From Candidatus Latescibacterota bacterium (GTDB lineage Bacteria > Latescibacterota > UBA2968): a stretch of DNA of 64,000 nucleotides. A model generated the notes under the pieces. It was not told the origin of the DNA, did no database searches, and was given only the letters and a program-made list of their open reading frames with translations. Positions within the stretch are counted from its first letter, which is position 1. Every line of letters begins with the position of its first letter. Shown piece after piece: positions 9,593 to 20,149 of the stretch. The translations under genes and the position numbers were made by a program. Where the stretch lies: NCBI GenBank assembly GCA_965222605.1, contig OZ244960.1, positions 512,001 to 576,000 on the forward strand. The letters are read 5' to 3'.

Positions 9593-10976
9593 AGTTGGGA
9601 GCCAACCGCGAGCCAACTGCCTGCTCATAAGCATACGCCAGGCGCAAAATGCGGGCTTCGCCATAGGGCTTGCCAATAATCTGCAAACCGATGGGTAAAT
9701 CCTCCGCAGACCATCCACACGGAACCGATACCGCACATAAACCCAAAAAATTGACCAGCCGCGTTGTCAACCTGACGGGCGCAACATCGACATCTGCGAT
9801 ACGCGGTGCAACCGTCAACATCGTCGGACAAATCACGGCATCCACATCTCGCAGGGTCTCGCAGGCTGAGATTCGCAACTGCTCGCGCCGCTGTAAAACC
9901 CTTGCATAATCTGGCGCAGAAAAAGACGCACCATGTGCAATCCGCGCTCGAATGCGCGGATCCATCATCTCGCCCTGTCTGGCAATCAAATCCCCCTGGC
10001 ACGCATACCCCTCCACGCACATAATCATCGAACTGCCGCGCCCATCAAGCTCTTCGTCTAACTCTTCCCTCGCTTCGGGAAATTGGAATTCCTCCACATC
10101 GACCCCCAGATCACACAAAACCCCTGCCGCGGCTTCTACCAAAGCGATAACCACAGCATCTGCCCCATCGCAAAACGGATCGCGCACAAACCCGACGCGC
10201 ATCCCCTTCACATCTCGCTTTAACCCGCGAACCACATCCACCAGAGGTTGATTTAACGTCACTGGATCAGCCGCATCAGGCCCGGCAATCGCTTCAAACA
10301 CCAGCGCAGCATCTTCCACAGATCGCGTTAAGGGCCCCATGCTATCAAGCGTCCACGAAAGCGGCATTGCACCCGCGCGACTCACCCGCTCCAACGTGGG
10401 CTTGAGCCCCACAACACCGCAAAACGACGCTGGTATCCGAATAGAACCACCCGTATCTGTACCCATCGCAACAGGCACCAACCCCGCCGCCACAGCCACC
10501 CCCGACCCACTGCTCGACCCACCCGGTACGCGTTCTGATCCCCACGGATTGGGCGGCGTACCGTAATGGGGATTCAAACCATAAGGCCCAAACGCGAGTT
10601 CCACCATATTGGTCTTACCCATCAACACGGCACCAGCCTGCGAAAGACGCTTTGCGACGGTTGCCGAATCCTTTGGCACAAATGTATCCCATACTTTCGC
10701 ACCTGAAGTCGTGCGAATACCCGCCGTGTGAAATAGATCTTTTAGTGCGATTGGAATACCGTGCAAAGGACCCAAATCCGATCCCGACCGCAACATCGCC
10801 TCCGCCGCCTGTGCCTCCGCGCGAGCGCGTTCTGCCGTAACTGTAATAAACGCCTTTGTCTGATCGCCGTAATCTTCAATGCGCTGGAGCAACGCATCCA
10901 CCACCTCAACCGGCGACACATCGCCCGCCCGATAGCACGCGCCTAATTCTGATAGGGTTGCAAAATGTATATCCAC
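9579..10976 (-). CDS. Amidase signature family enzyme
   Basis: GPLHGIPIALKDL, GKTNM, PGGSSSGSG, GTDTGGSIRIPAS; likely GTG start at 10976 after GGAGG. Confidence 0.92.
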   Translation of the reverse strand: MDIHFATLSELGACYRAGDVSPVEVVDALLQRIEDYGDQTKAFITVTAERARAEAQAAEAMLRSGSDLGPLHGIPIALKDLFHTAGIRTTSGAKVWDTFVPKDSATVAKRLSQAGAVLMGKTNMVELAFGPYGLNPHYGTPPNPWGSERVPGGSSSGSGVAVAAGLVPVAMGTDTGGSIRIPASFCGVVGLKPTLERVSRAGAMPLSWTLDSMGPLTRSVEDAALVFEAIAGPDAADPVTLNQPLVDVVRGLKRDVKGMRVGFVRDPFCDGADAVVIALVEAAAGVLCDLGVDVEEFQFPEAREELDEELDGRGSSMIMCVEGYACQGDLIARQGEMMDPRIRARIAHGASFSAPDYARVLQRREQLRISACETLRDVDAVICPTMLTVAPRIADVDVAPVRLTTRLVNFLGLCAVSVPCGWSAEDLPIGLQIIGKPYGEARILRLAYAYEQAVGSRLAPNFTQA

Positions 10977-10978
10977 GG

Positions 10979-12019
10979 TCAGATATCCTCCCCAGGCGAC
11001 CACATCACCCGCCCGGCAACCATGTCCTCTAACAGCACAAGCTCCCCTCCGCGTTCGGCCGACGCATTGGCCCCCAGTACAGCCGCCAGACTGTTCAGGG
11101 CATCCCCATAAGAACTCCGCATCGCAGTGCGGTCTCCCTTGCGTATCGCATCGACAAATGCCTCTGTCTGTAACGCAAACGCATTGGGACGACTATCCCA
11201 CGCCGCGACTTCTTCACCATTTAACACGACATTTTGCGTCGACCACTCAAAAAGCGCGTCGTCGGCAATCACCGCCACCTCGCGCCGCGAATAATTCACA
11301 TTGGTCAACACCCGCGATGTCGTTGCATTGGCAACCACACCGCTCTTAAATCGATAATTCACATTATATGCATAAGGCATATTGATCGGATCTGGCCCTT
11401 CACCTTCCGCACGATAAAAATAAAACGCCGACACCGCCTCAATATCGCCGAGAAAAAAACGCAACAGATCAATCATGTGAATGGTATTTTCCACATATGA
11501 TCCCCCACACAGGGCCATGCGACTCGTCCAGTATCGGATATGCCGCCCGCTGTAAAACAACTGCACCTGTGCGTGCCGTGGAATCCGCGTTTCGAGCCTG
11601 GCCTTCAAATATTCAGATGAAGGATAATAGCGGCTCATAAACCCAACTTGAGAAATAATACCCGCCCTGTTAATCACCTCGCAAAAAGCCACAGCCTGAG
11701 CCATATCTAAACTTTGCGGTTTCTCCACAAAAAGGGCGATCTCCTTCTCTGCTGCGTTCAACTCCGCATCCGTATGTAAAGTCGGGGGCAAACACACATA
11801 AACCCCGTCCAATCCCTCTTTGTCAAACATCTCTCGGTGATCCGTATAAACGGATTTCGCGCCCCAAATCTTTGCCTGCTCAGACACAATGCCCTGATCC
11901 ACATCGCAAAATGCCTGCAACACCACTTCGCCTTTTTTAACCAATTGAGAAAGGGCTGGCAAATGTGCATTCTGTGGAATATGCCCCAATCCAATCATAC
12001 CCATGCGAACGGGTTTCAT
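10979..12019 (-). CDS. Gfo/Idh/MocA-family oxidoreductase
   Basis: GMIGLGHI Rossmann motif, FVEKP, IHMIDL. Confidence 0.9.
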   Translation of the reverse strand: MKPVRMGMIGLGHIPQNAHLPALSQLVKKGEVVLQAFCDVDQGIVSEQAKIWGAKSVYTDHREMFDKEGLDGVYVCLPPTLHTDAELNAAEKEIALFVEKPQSLDMAQAVAFCEVINRAGIISQVGFMSRYYPSSEYLKARLETRIPRHAQVQLFYSGRHIRYWTSRMALCGGSYVENTIHMIDLLRFFLGDIEAVSAFYFYRAEGEGPDPINMPYAYNVNYRFKSGVVANATTSRVLTNVNYSRREVAVIADDALFEWSTQNVVLNGEEVAAWDSRPNAFALQTEAFVDAIRKGDRTAMRSSYGDALNSLAAVLGANASAERGGELVLLEDMVAGRVMWSPGEDI

Positions 12020-12918
12020 ATACTACCCCCCTCAATCTCTGCAATCAATTCTCTGGACAATCGCTCGCCATCCGACACAAGCACACAATCCTCCAATTCA
12101 TCAATATCCGATACCCCACACAACAACATTGACACCCGATTGTCCGACAACAAATAGCGCAAAGCCGTGCGCGTCATAGGTTCATCCACACCTTCAACAA
12201 TTTTCTCTACCCGCATTAAATTGTCATATAAATCGACAAATCGCCCCTGCGCCATCCACTGCTCCCGTTTTGAACCCAACAACCCCGCGTGCAATGGCGA
12301 AGCGCAAATCACAGCAATGCCTTCCTCTGCCGCTGTGGGGACCAGCGTCTCTGTCGCTTCTCGCATCAGCAAATCGTACTTGCAAAACGTAATCACTGAA
12401 ACAAATATATCGGTCTCCTTGAGCACCCGAGACATCAAATCCAAATCTGAACCCGTCAGTCCAATATAATCACAGATCCCCTGAGACTGTATCTCCAACA
12501 ACGCCTCTATAGCTCGACCCGCATCAAACAACCCGGGCCACCCGGCTTTTTCGGCCTCATGCACCTGCAAAAGATGAACATGATCGCGCTTTAACCGCTT
12601 CAAACTCGCATCGAGACCTCGCCATACTGCATCGCGTGTATAGTCAAACGGCTCGGGATAATACCCGACTTTTGTCGCCAGATAATACGCCTCCCTCACG
12701 CCCGACAGGGCGACGCCCAGCACCTCTTCGCTGCGCCCACGCCCGTAAAGCGGTGCGGTATCGAAATAATTCACCCCCAATTCCAGCGCTCGCTCCACCA
12801 CCGCCACCCCATGCGACACCGGTTTTAGTCCCATCTCGGGGCGACCGTAGAACCACGACCCACCAAGCCCTATCTCACTGACTTTCCATCCTGTTTTACC
12901 AAATACCCTGTATTCCAT
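12016..12918 (-). CDS. Aldo/keto reductase
   Basis: MEYRVFGKTGWKVSEIGLG, GVNYFDTAPLYG, ATKVG, SLKRL; start moved to ATG 12918. Confidence 0.9.
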   Translation of the reverse strand: MEYRVFGKTGWKVSEIGLGGSWFYGRPEMGLKPVSHGVAVVERALELGVNYFDTAPLYGRGRSEEVLGVALSGVREAYYLATKVGYYPEPFDYTRDAVWRGLDASLKRLKRDHVHLLQVHEAEKAGWPGLFDAGRAIEALLEIQSQGICDYIGLTGSDLDLMSRVLKETDIFVSVITFCKYDLLMREATETLVPTAAEEGIAVICASPLHAGLLGSKREQWMAQGRFVDLYDNLMRVEKIVEGVDEPMTRTALRYLLSDNRVSMLLCGVSDIDELEDCVLVSDGERLSRELIAEIEGGSI

Positions 12919-12923
12919 TTCAA

Positions 12924-13598
12924 TCACCGATACCATCGACTCAACGTGACATCCGACACAGAACACGAATAGAGAATACGCAACACCCACATCTCTACCA
13001 CTGTGCGTACAAAGCCCCACTTGCGCCACCGCCGCGTGGAACTGCATACCTGTGCATTGAGCATCACAAATTTATCCACACGCGCCACACGCGAGCAAAA
13101 CTCGGAATCTTCAAACAACTGCAAGAGCGGAAATCCCCCCACAGCGAGAAAAGTCTCGCGTCGAACATAAATACCCTGATCGCCATAAGTAATCCCCAAA
13201 TACCGGGAACGCAAGGTGCTCAAAAACGCAACCAATCGAAAACCAATTGTCTTCTCCGAAAAGCCGGGCCGAAATCGCCCGCCCACCACACCGGACACGC
13301 GCAGCGAGTCGCGTATCAACATCAACCCATCAGAAGGCAAAAATGTATCGGCATGCAAAAACAAAAACACATCGCCCGTCGCACATTCTGCACCGGCATT
13401 CATCTGCAACGCCCGCCCTGCTTTCCCTACCTGAACCCATTGCGCCCCACCACGCGCCTCAACCATTTTCTTTGTACCATCCGTACTCCCACCATCTACC
13501 ACAATCAGTTCCACATCCTCAACACCATAAAACTGTGCCAGACACGCGCCGATAACAGTTTCTTCATTTAGAACGGGAATAATCACACTGATCTGCAC
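12924..13598 (-). CDS. Glycosyltransferase family 2 (TIGR04283-like)
   Basis: ISVIIPVLNEE, VVDGGSTDGT, GRALQMNAGA, FLHADT, YGDQGI, FEDSEF, SSTRRW. Confidence 0.88.
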   Translation of the reverse strand: MQISVIIPVLNEETVIGACLAQFYGVEDVELIVVDGGSTDGTKKMVEARGGAQWVQVGKAGRALQMNAGAECATGDVFLFLHADTFLPSDGLMLIRDSLRVSGVVGGRFRPGFSEKTIGFRLVAFLSTLRSRYLGITYGDQGIYVRRETFLAVGGFPLLQLFEDSEFCSRVARVDKFVMLNAQVCSSTRRWRKWGFVRTVVEMWVLRILYSCSVSDVTLSRWYR

Positions 13599-13608
13599 AC
13601 CGACTCCG

Positions 13609-14187
13609 CTATTTTTTTATAATATCAAAAAATTGCCGCCCATAACTAACCAGTGAAACAGCGAGCAACGCGGCACTCAGGCCAATCAGCGCGGGCTTGA
13701 GCACATCTGCATCCCACAAATAGGCCAAAAGCAACCAACTCATCACCAGCGTCGTAGCCTTCCCCCAAAAATTGGAAGCCAACAACACATCGTGTTGCTT
13801 GACCAGATACATCCCCGCAAAAAAAATCACCACATCGCGCATCAAAACGCCCGCAACCAGCCATACGGGCAAACCTTTAAACACAACCATGGCAATTGTA
13901 ATCGCCCCAACAGCCACCTTATCCGCCAGAGGATCGAGAATCTTCCCCCACTGTGAAATTTCGCCCCACCTGCGCGCGAGCCACCCATCTATCCAATCGC
14001 TGACAATCATCACCACCACCACGCCGAATGCTTCCCATACATAATCCGGCCCCAATGCTATGAGCCACACAGCGGGCAGCGTCAGCATCGCGCGCAACAA
14101 ACTAACACCATTTGACAGCGTCCAAAAACGGCCGCGTTCAACAGTTCCCATGCAATACCTCACGACAACATCAATTATATCCTTCAC
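13609..14187 (-). CDS. CDP-alcohol phosphatidyltransferase
   Basis: SDWIDGWLARR...GKILDPLADK signature. Confidence 0.9.
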   Translation of the reverse strand: MKDIIDVVVRYCMGTVERGRFWTLSNGVSLLRAMLTLPAVWLIALGPDYVWEAFGVVVVMIVSDWIDGWLARRWGEISQWGKILDPLADKVAVGAITIAMVVFKGLPVWLVAGVLMRDVVIFFAGMYLVKQHDVLLASNFWGKATTLVMSWLLLAYLWDADVLKPALIGLSAALLAVSLVSYGRQFFDIIKK

Positions 14188-14220
14188 ACTTCATCCTTCA
14201 CACTTCATCCTTCACACTTC
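14179..14220. repeat. Perfect 14-bp tandem repeat x3 (ATCCTTCACACTTC)
   Basis: Three exact copies spanning the stop of the 14198 gene and the start of the 14187 gene. Confidence 0.9.
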
Positions 14221-15007
14221 CGCGCCATATCTCAAACGCATTCGCCGCAGGTCCCACGAGAAACAGCGCGTAAAACGGCGCGTAAATCGCTTCATTCAAG
14301 CGCAAAATCATCTCGACAAAAGCCACCAGAAAAGCGACAAAGCACTGCCCCTTTCGCGTCAACACAGTCGTTTTGGGATCTGTGATCATAAAAAAAATAA
14401 ACAACTGATACATCGGTCCTGTAATCGGCGCAATACTCGTCAAATACGCCTGTCCGGTAAACAAGCAACGAATGAGAGCAAAAGCCAAAAACGAAATCAC
14501 ATATACCGCACAGATATGAAACCGCCGCAATCGCCAGAGCGCGGCACTCCCCAGAATCCAGATAATTACCATTACCGACAGGGTATTGCCCCACTGAATG
14601 CTCAACCCAGCCACCACTTCAGGGGCGAGAAATAGCACAATACTCACCCCAAAATTGGACGGATTCCACAAATGCCTGCCGCGCCATCGCAGCACATACT
14701 TAGATGCAATAGACAACACACTGCACAGCACATAAGGCCAAAACAGAGGCGAACGGATCAAAATGCCCACACTGATCCCGGTGATATATGCACTGACCAG
14801 CCCCGGCCACACGCCCCATGTCAATCGTCCCAATGCAAATTCCGCCAGCACGCTACTCAGGATAGCCGTCAGCGTTTGCCCCAGACTCTCCAAAAAGCCA
14901 AAAGTAACCTGCCCCCCAATCAGAATGCACGTAATCAATGCCGGTGACAGATAGCGGCTTTGCAACCCCGTCCAGACCGATTTCCAGAACCCGCTCACTC
15001 GATCCAT
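14198..15007 (-). CDS. UnbU-like membrane protein (RnfD/NqrB-related)
   Basis: SAYITG, SIASKYVLRWRGRHLWNPSNFG, FFMITDPKTT; directly downstream of the UnbV-like gene. Confidence 0.75.
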   Translation of the reverse strand: MDRVSGFWKSVWTGLQSRYLSPALITCILIGGQVTFGFLESLGQTLTAILSSVLAEFALGRLTWGVWPGLVSAYITGISVGILIRSPLFWPYVLCSVLSIASKYVLRWRGRHLWNPSNFGVSIVLFLAPEVVAGLSIQWGNTLSVMVIIWILGSAALWRLRRFHICAVYVISFLAFALIRCLFTGQAYLTSIAPITGPMYQLFIFFMITDPKTTVLTRKGQCFVAFLVAFVEMILRLNEAIYAPFYALFLVGPAANAFEIWRGSVKDEV

Positions 15008-15008
15008 T

Positions 15009-16823
15009 TCAATTCTCTAAAATCCGATGCACCCGCCGCACATCGGGCGCGTAAAACATCTGTGCCTGTCCCGACGGCCAGCGTATTGCAACGCTATCAA
15101 CCGCCGCGCCATCGCCTAAACCAAAATGCAGCGGACGTTGATTTTGCGCGGCGTATCCACTACCACCCGACACCTCCTGCACCTGCACCTCTCCGTTCCA
15201 AAACACCTGCACCCGCGCCCCAATCGCACTGCGATTGCTCTGTTGTCCAACCAGATCGAACCCAATCCAGTTTGTCTCTGCTCGCACTGTGTTGCGGTAT
15301 AACAAAAGCGGTCCCCGCTGATTGGCCACCACCACATCCAACACCCCCCGGTTCCACAAATCTACCAGAACCACAGCCCGCCCGTCGAAACGGTCCCGAA
15401 CGCCTACTGCCTGTGCTACCTCGGCAAATTGCCCCACCCCATCGTTCACCCAAACGCGCTTAGTCTGATGACCAGCCAGACTCCTGCCCCGCATCGGAGG
15501 CCAATTTTTTGCATCTGAAATAATCGCGCTGTGTCCACCCGCCACCTGAGAAAAATCGTACCAGTAATTCCCATTTTCATCTGCCGAAATATATCCATTA
15601 GTCAAAACGAGATCCAGCGCCCCATCATTATTCAAATCCCCAAACTGCGCGCCAAAACTCCATCCTCCCAGATCCACGCCCATCGCCCCGGCCAAATTCT
15701 CAAACCGAAAGGTCTCGCCTCCCTGGGGCACCCACAAATTATTCCCCTGAATGAGAACACCTGCTTGAGAAATATTCGTCTCGTAAATTGCCAGATCTCC
15801 CCGATTCAGCACATCGCCAAATGCGGCATTCATCCCACTTTTTGGCTGGCGGCCCACCCCGGCCTGCTCTCCCATCTCGACAAACCGCTTTCCTCCCTCA
15901 TTCACATACAACTCGGAAATCCCGTAATCATTGGACAAAAACAGGTCGGGAAATCCAGAACTATTCAAATCCGCCGCACCCACCGCCAGTGTCCACCTTC
16001 TGCTCGTGATCCCGACCTTTACTGTTACATCCTCAAATGTCCCATCGCCCAAATTTCGAAGCAAATACTTTCGCCCTCCATTATTGGCGTATTCAAAACT
16101 CTCCGGCATCATCTGCGTAGTCTCCAAATCCCACAAATTCAGGGACTCGGACCAGTAACCCGCCACAAAAATGTCCAGATGCCCATCGCAGTCGTAATCC
16201 ACCCAAATAGCACTCCCGGCATTGATCCACTCGGGCAAACCCACTATTTCTGTCACGCGCTCAAACACCTTCCCCTCCCGATTGCGAAACAACTCGGGAC
16301 GGCCCCATTTATACAGAAACAAATCTTCAAATCCATCATTGTCGTAATCACCCCACACAGCCCCCATGCTCACGCCTGCTCGATTCACATCCGCCACGCC
16401 CAAATCGGTCGCCACATCTTCAAAACCCTCCCCTCCTAAATTTCGATACAGCCGATTCATACTTCCCATCCGACTACTTGTGACATACAAATCCTGCCAT
16501 TCATCCCGATCGTAATCCACCACCGACACCGCCGCGCCCATCGACGCGATAATCGGCATAATATGATCCAGCTTTGCATCCAGCACAGGAGCTTCATGTA
16601 CAAAATTGATCCCTTCCTGTTTTCCAACTTCCTTCAGGTAGAATCCATATCTTTCAGTACCTGTGCTGACAAGGGGTAAGTCAGTATCCCTTTCCCCCAC
16701 TTGCCATCCCCCCCACTTCATCATACCCAGCGCGACCAGCAATAGCCCGAAAAACAGCACCACCAAAATCTGCACGACGCGATTGGGCTGTCTCTCCTCT
16801 ATCCCACTGTCTTCCCGCTTCAT
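15009..16823 (-). CDS. CRTAC1/ASPIC-UnbV family protein with FG-GAP repeats
   Basis: DYDNDG-type repeats; PESFEYANNGG; C-terminal NRSAIGARV...LHFGLG...IRWPSG. Confidence 0.9.
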   Translation of the reverse strand: MKREDSGIEERQPNRVVQILVVLFFGLLLVALGMMKWGGWQVGERDTDLPLVSTGTERYGFYLKEVGKQEGINFVHEAPVLDAKLDHIMPIIASMGAAVSVVDYDRDEWQDLYVTSSRMGSMNRLYRNLGGEGFEDVATDLGVADVNRAGVSMGAVWGDYDNDGFEDLFLYKWGRPELFRNREGKVFERVTEIVGLPEWINAGSAIWVDYDCDGHLDIFVAGYWSESLNLWDLETTQMMPESFEYANNGGRKYLLRNLGDGTFEDVTVKVGITSRRWTLAVGAADLNSSGFPDLFLSNDYGISELYVNEGGKRFVEMGEQAGVGRQPKSGMNAAFGDVLNRGDLAIYETNISQAGVLIQGNNLWVPQGGETFRFENLAGAMGVDLGGWSFGAQFGDLNNDGALDLVLTNGYISADENGNYWYDFSQVAGGHSAIISDAKNWPPMRGRSLAGHQTKRVWVNDGVGQFAEVAQAVGVRDRFDGRAVVLVDLWNRGVLDVVVANQRGPLLLYRNTVRAETNWIGFDLVGQQSNRSAIGARVQVFWNGEVQVQEVSGGSGYAAQNQRPLHFGLGDGAAVDSVAIRWPSGQAQMFYAPDVRRVHRILEN

Positions 16824-19800
16824 GGCCTATCATTCCTCAGCGCCGAGTCAAATCGCTCAGGCGTCACATACCGAGTGTGAAACCGTTGCCAATCCTCTGC
16901 ATTGCGCTTAAAAACCGGATCATCTTCAAGCGTTTTGGGCGCGCGATCATAAGTCAAGACCCCATGCGCAGGCAAAGGCAACACCGTCGTTGAAAAAGCC
17001 GTATTATAATCGCCGTCTTTAACCCATCCATCGCCTTTTAACACAAAATCTCGCACCCGCTCCCCAGGACCTTGCAAAGCCTCAAATTGCAATTGGATTT
17101 CATCTCCCGCATTCACAATCACATATCGGTCATCGACCTGTGCCAGCAATGGCTTCACATCTCCATATCGCGTGTAATATCCCACGAGATCTCGCCACAG
17201 TTGAGAAGTTCCGCTAAGCGCGTGATAATCTGGCACCTCGGGCGAACTCGCATCTGCCTCCGCCACCTGGGAAAACCCGCGATAATACAACCGCGCACGC
17301 TCCAAAGGCACAGATTGAACCGTCATCACACTGTCTTCCAGCGGCACGGCCCACGCCAAACGATCCCAATAAATCTCCAAATTGGTCTGCAATCTAAATT
17401 TTCGGGAAACATCCCGCGGGAAAACTCCGCTCAGATCGATCAACACCGTCTTGTGCTTCCCGGCAGGAAAACCCAGGTCTGGATGCGCGACGCGCCAATC
17501 AGACCCGTCAAATACATGCAGAGAAAGGCCCTGAGGGGGCGGATGGCTACCCTGCCCCAGCGCCACATTGATCGAACTATCCGTCGGATGAATCCATCCC
17601 TGACCAACCAGCCATAAAGGTCCTTTTCTGGGCACCTCGTCTCCCACCACCACCTCCACATAGTGTTCTCGCGTCACCCCCTGGTAAATGCCCCGCCCAA
17701 AAGTATCCACATACTGTCCATCTCGCACCCGCACCCTATCGGTCACATCGCGCCCCCGATCATCTTTCACAACAACAAAAGATTGAGGCTGCGTAGTCGC
17801 ATAAATCGCAAGCGATGGAGAAACCCGAGCAAAACGTTCATCCACAAAAATCGACGTCCCCACGGGATGATCAACTGCAACAAGAGACACCCAATCGACA
17901 AAATGCGTCTCCCACAGTTCTCCCGTAATCCGGATATCGTACATCTCATTTTGAGCAGATAGCTGATCGCCTTTGATCTTCACCCAATCTTCCGTCTGAA
18001 CAATACCCGCAACCACCTGGGAATTGATCCGCATGCCCAGAGGCGACCGCCACAAAAAATCCGTTACAAACCCTATCTCCGACCCATTGTGGGCAAACAC
18101 CCAGGGGCACGACCCCTTCAACCGCTGTACGGCACGCACCTCCTGATCCACCTCCAGATTAAACTCCACCTGAGGCATCCCATTGGGCCACACAATCCGC
18201 ACGAGATCTGCCCCCGTATAAGCCCCCAATCCGAAATGCACCACCGGATCCGTAACCACCTGCTTCTGATAGAACGCACCTGAACGCAATTCCACTTCTG
18301 AACCCAAACCCAGTGCATTGATTCGCCCGTCGCCAAGAGACCTACCACCCACGGGACGAATCGCCTGCCAGTGATACGCCAAATCGCCCCGGTTCACCAA
18401 TTGCAACGCCTCACCCGCATCCGAAACACCCAACAAATCGAGCCGACCATCGCCCGTTAAATCGGCCACACCAGTCACGCGCGCTTTCAGATCCAGAGAA
18501 TGGTAAGCCGTTTCTGACGCCAGATAGGCGCGTTTACCAAACACCAGATCCAATGCGCCATTATTATCCAGATCCGCTATGAGAAGCGCGGCTGGCTCAA
18601 CAGGTGAATCACCCTGGATTAGCTTGCGTATCCCTCCTTGCGATACCGCCATCACAGCACCATCTCGATCTGCGATCACGCGCTCTAAGCGCCCGTCTCG
18701 ATCCAGATCTCCTGCTGCTATGGCAATCCCGTTCACCGCCTTTTTCGCCCCCAGCGTAAATACACTTGCCCGCTCATTAATCGCCTCAATCAATTGCCCT
18801 TCTCGGTCCAGCATCGCCGCATCGGGATCGCCATCGCCATCCCTATCAGCCCAGACAAAACCCCTCAGTCCATCTACATTGCCGAAAAGGTCTCGCGCCA
18901 CAAACGAACCATCTCCATTATTTTGCAACACGAGAGGCGTACCAGTAGAACGTCCCAACACAAAATCGACATCTCCATCCATCTCTATATCTGCACCCCA
19001 CACGCCGGAATAAGCCATCTCCGTTACTTCTTTGCTCAACCCGATGGAATCAGTCACATCCTCAACCCCGCCATCCTCAGTGCGCTGCAACAATTGAAAA
19101 CCATCTGCCCCCACCAGCGCCAGATCTAACGCAAAATCGTTATTCCAATCAACTGTCAGCATCCCATTCATCTCCGACACACCTGAAAAATCAACCGCAA
19201 TCCCCTCCGCCCCCCGCACTTGAGAAGCACTTGCCACAACCACCTCTACCCCTTCTTCAGACCAGAAAGGCTTGAGCGTCTGCCAATCACTTCCCCCCAA
19301 ACCCGCAACGGATTCGGATTCAAAATACATATCCAAATCCGCAGGCGACGGCATGGCCTGGGGCGCGTCGAGCTTCAAAAATTCAACCACGGGATCTCCC
19401 AGGCGTTCAGCCGGCACAATCAGCGCATCCAGCGCGCGCCGATACTTATGATCGCGCAACAACACATTGTGCAAAAACATCGCGTGCAAAGTCCCACTCC
19501 CTGCCGCCTCGCTCTGCAACCGACGCAACTGCCCCCGTGCCGCATCCGACCAGCCTTCTGCCCACTCACCTAACTTTTCCACCGATGCGCGCAACGCCCC
19601 CTCATCACCTCGTTTGCCCGCTTGCCTCGCCCGCTCGAGCCACAGCGCGGGATTGTGCGGCACCTGTTTGATCAGAGCTTCCAACTGTGCCCAGACCTCC
19701 TGCTCGCTACCTGCTCCCCCCCACCGCTCGACCTCTTTCATCCGCGCATATTGCGCCTTCACAAGCCCTTGTTGCGCCGCCTGCCCGAAAAACGCGATAG

Positions 19801-20149
19801 CAGCGTCGGATTGTCCTCTACTGCGCTCGACCAGCCCCTGTAACATCGCAATAGCGCCGCTTTGGGGTATCAGTGAACGCGCTGTCTTCAGATCTTTGGC
19901 AGCCCCATCGTAATCCCCGCGCCGCAACCGCAACACCCCGCGATTTGCCCACGCAGCCGGCTCCTCGGGTTCCAATGTAATAGCACGGCTCAAACTGGTA
20001 TCTGCCCGATCAAAAGCACCCACCTCCAGCGCGAACACACCCGTATAAAATGCAGACACATAATCCGCGGATGGCGTAGCCATCTTCACCTGTCCGCATC
20101 CAAGCCCCAACACCATCAACAACCCGATCATGCGATGAATATTAAGCAT
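16820..20149 (-). CDS. TPR + FG-GAP + ASPIC/UnbV lipoprotein with uncharacterised C-terminal domain
   Basis: Lipobox LGLGC, TPRs, DxDGDG repeats, VHFGLG...IVWPNG, KGSCP...AVDHP...GWVKDGD. Confidence 0.85.
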   Translation of the reverse strand: MLNIHRMIGLLMVLGLGCGQVKMATPSADYVSAFYTGVFALEVGAFDRADTSLSRAITLEPEEPAAWANRGVLRLRRGDYDGAAKDLKTARSLIPQSGAIAMLQGLVERSRGQSDAAIAFFGQAAQQGLVKAQYARMKEVERWGGAGSEQEVWAQLEALIKQVPHNPALWLERARQAGKRGDEGALRASVEKLGEWAEGWSDAARGQLRRLQSEAAGSGTLHAMFLHNVLLRDHKYRRALDALIVPAERLGDPVVEFLKLDAPQAMPSPADLDMYFESESVAGLGGSDWQTLKPFWSEEGVEVVVASASQVRGAEGIAVDFSGVSEMNGMLTVDWNNDFALDLALVGADGFQLLQRTEDGGVEDVTDSIGLSKEVTEMAYSGVWGADIEMDGDVDFVLGRSTGTPLVLQNNGDGSFVARDLFGNVDGLRGFVWADRDGDGDPDAAMLDREGQLIEAINERASVFTLGAKKAVNGIAIAAGDLDRDGRLERVIADRDGAVMAVSQGGIRKLIQGDSPVEPAALLIADLDNNGALDLVFGKRAYLASETAYHSLDLKARVTGVADLTGDGRLDLLGVSDAGEALQLVNRGDLAYHWQAIRPVGGRSLGDGRINALGLGSEVELRSGAFYQKQVVTDPVVHFGLGAYTGADLVRIVWPNGMPQVEFNLEVDQEVRAVQRLKGSCPWVFAHNGSEIGFVTDFLWRSPLGMRINSQVVAGIVQTEDWVKIKGDQLSAQNEMYDIRITGELWETHFVDWVSLVAVDHPVGTSIFVDERFARVSPSLAIYATTQPQSFVVVKDDRGRDVTDRVRVRDGQYVDTFGRGIYQGVTREHYVEVVVGDEVPRKGPLWLVGQGWIHPTDSSINVALGQGSHPPPQGLSLHVFDGSDWRVAHPDLGFPAGKHKTVLIDLSGVFPRDVSRKFRLQTNLEIYWDRLAWAVPLEDSVMTVQSVPLERARLYYRGFSQVAEADASSPEVPDYHALSGTSQLWRDLVGYYTRYGDVKPLLAQVDDRYVIVNAGDEIQLQFEALQGPGERVRDFVLKGDGWVKDGDYNTAFSTTVLPLPAHGVLTYDRAPKTLEDDPVFKRNAEDWQRFHTRYVTPERFDSALRNDRP

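Noticed and set aside
9579-10976. gatA assignment for the amidase
   Set aside because: No gatB/gatC nearby and only generic amidase motifs are evident
14198-16823. Enediyne biosynthetic cluster or Rnf/Nqr complex
   Set aside because: No PKS or thioesterase and no other rnf/nqr subunits in the window
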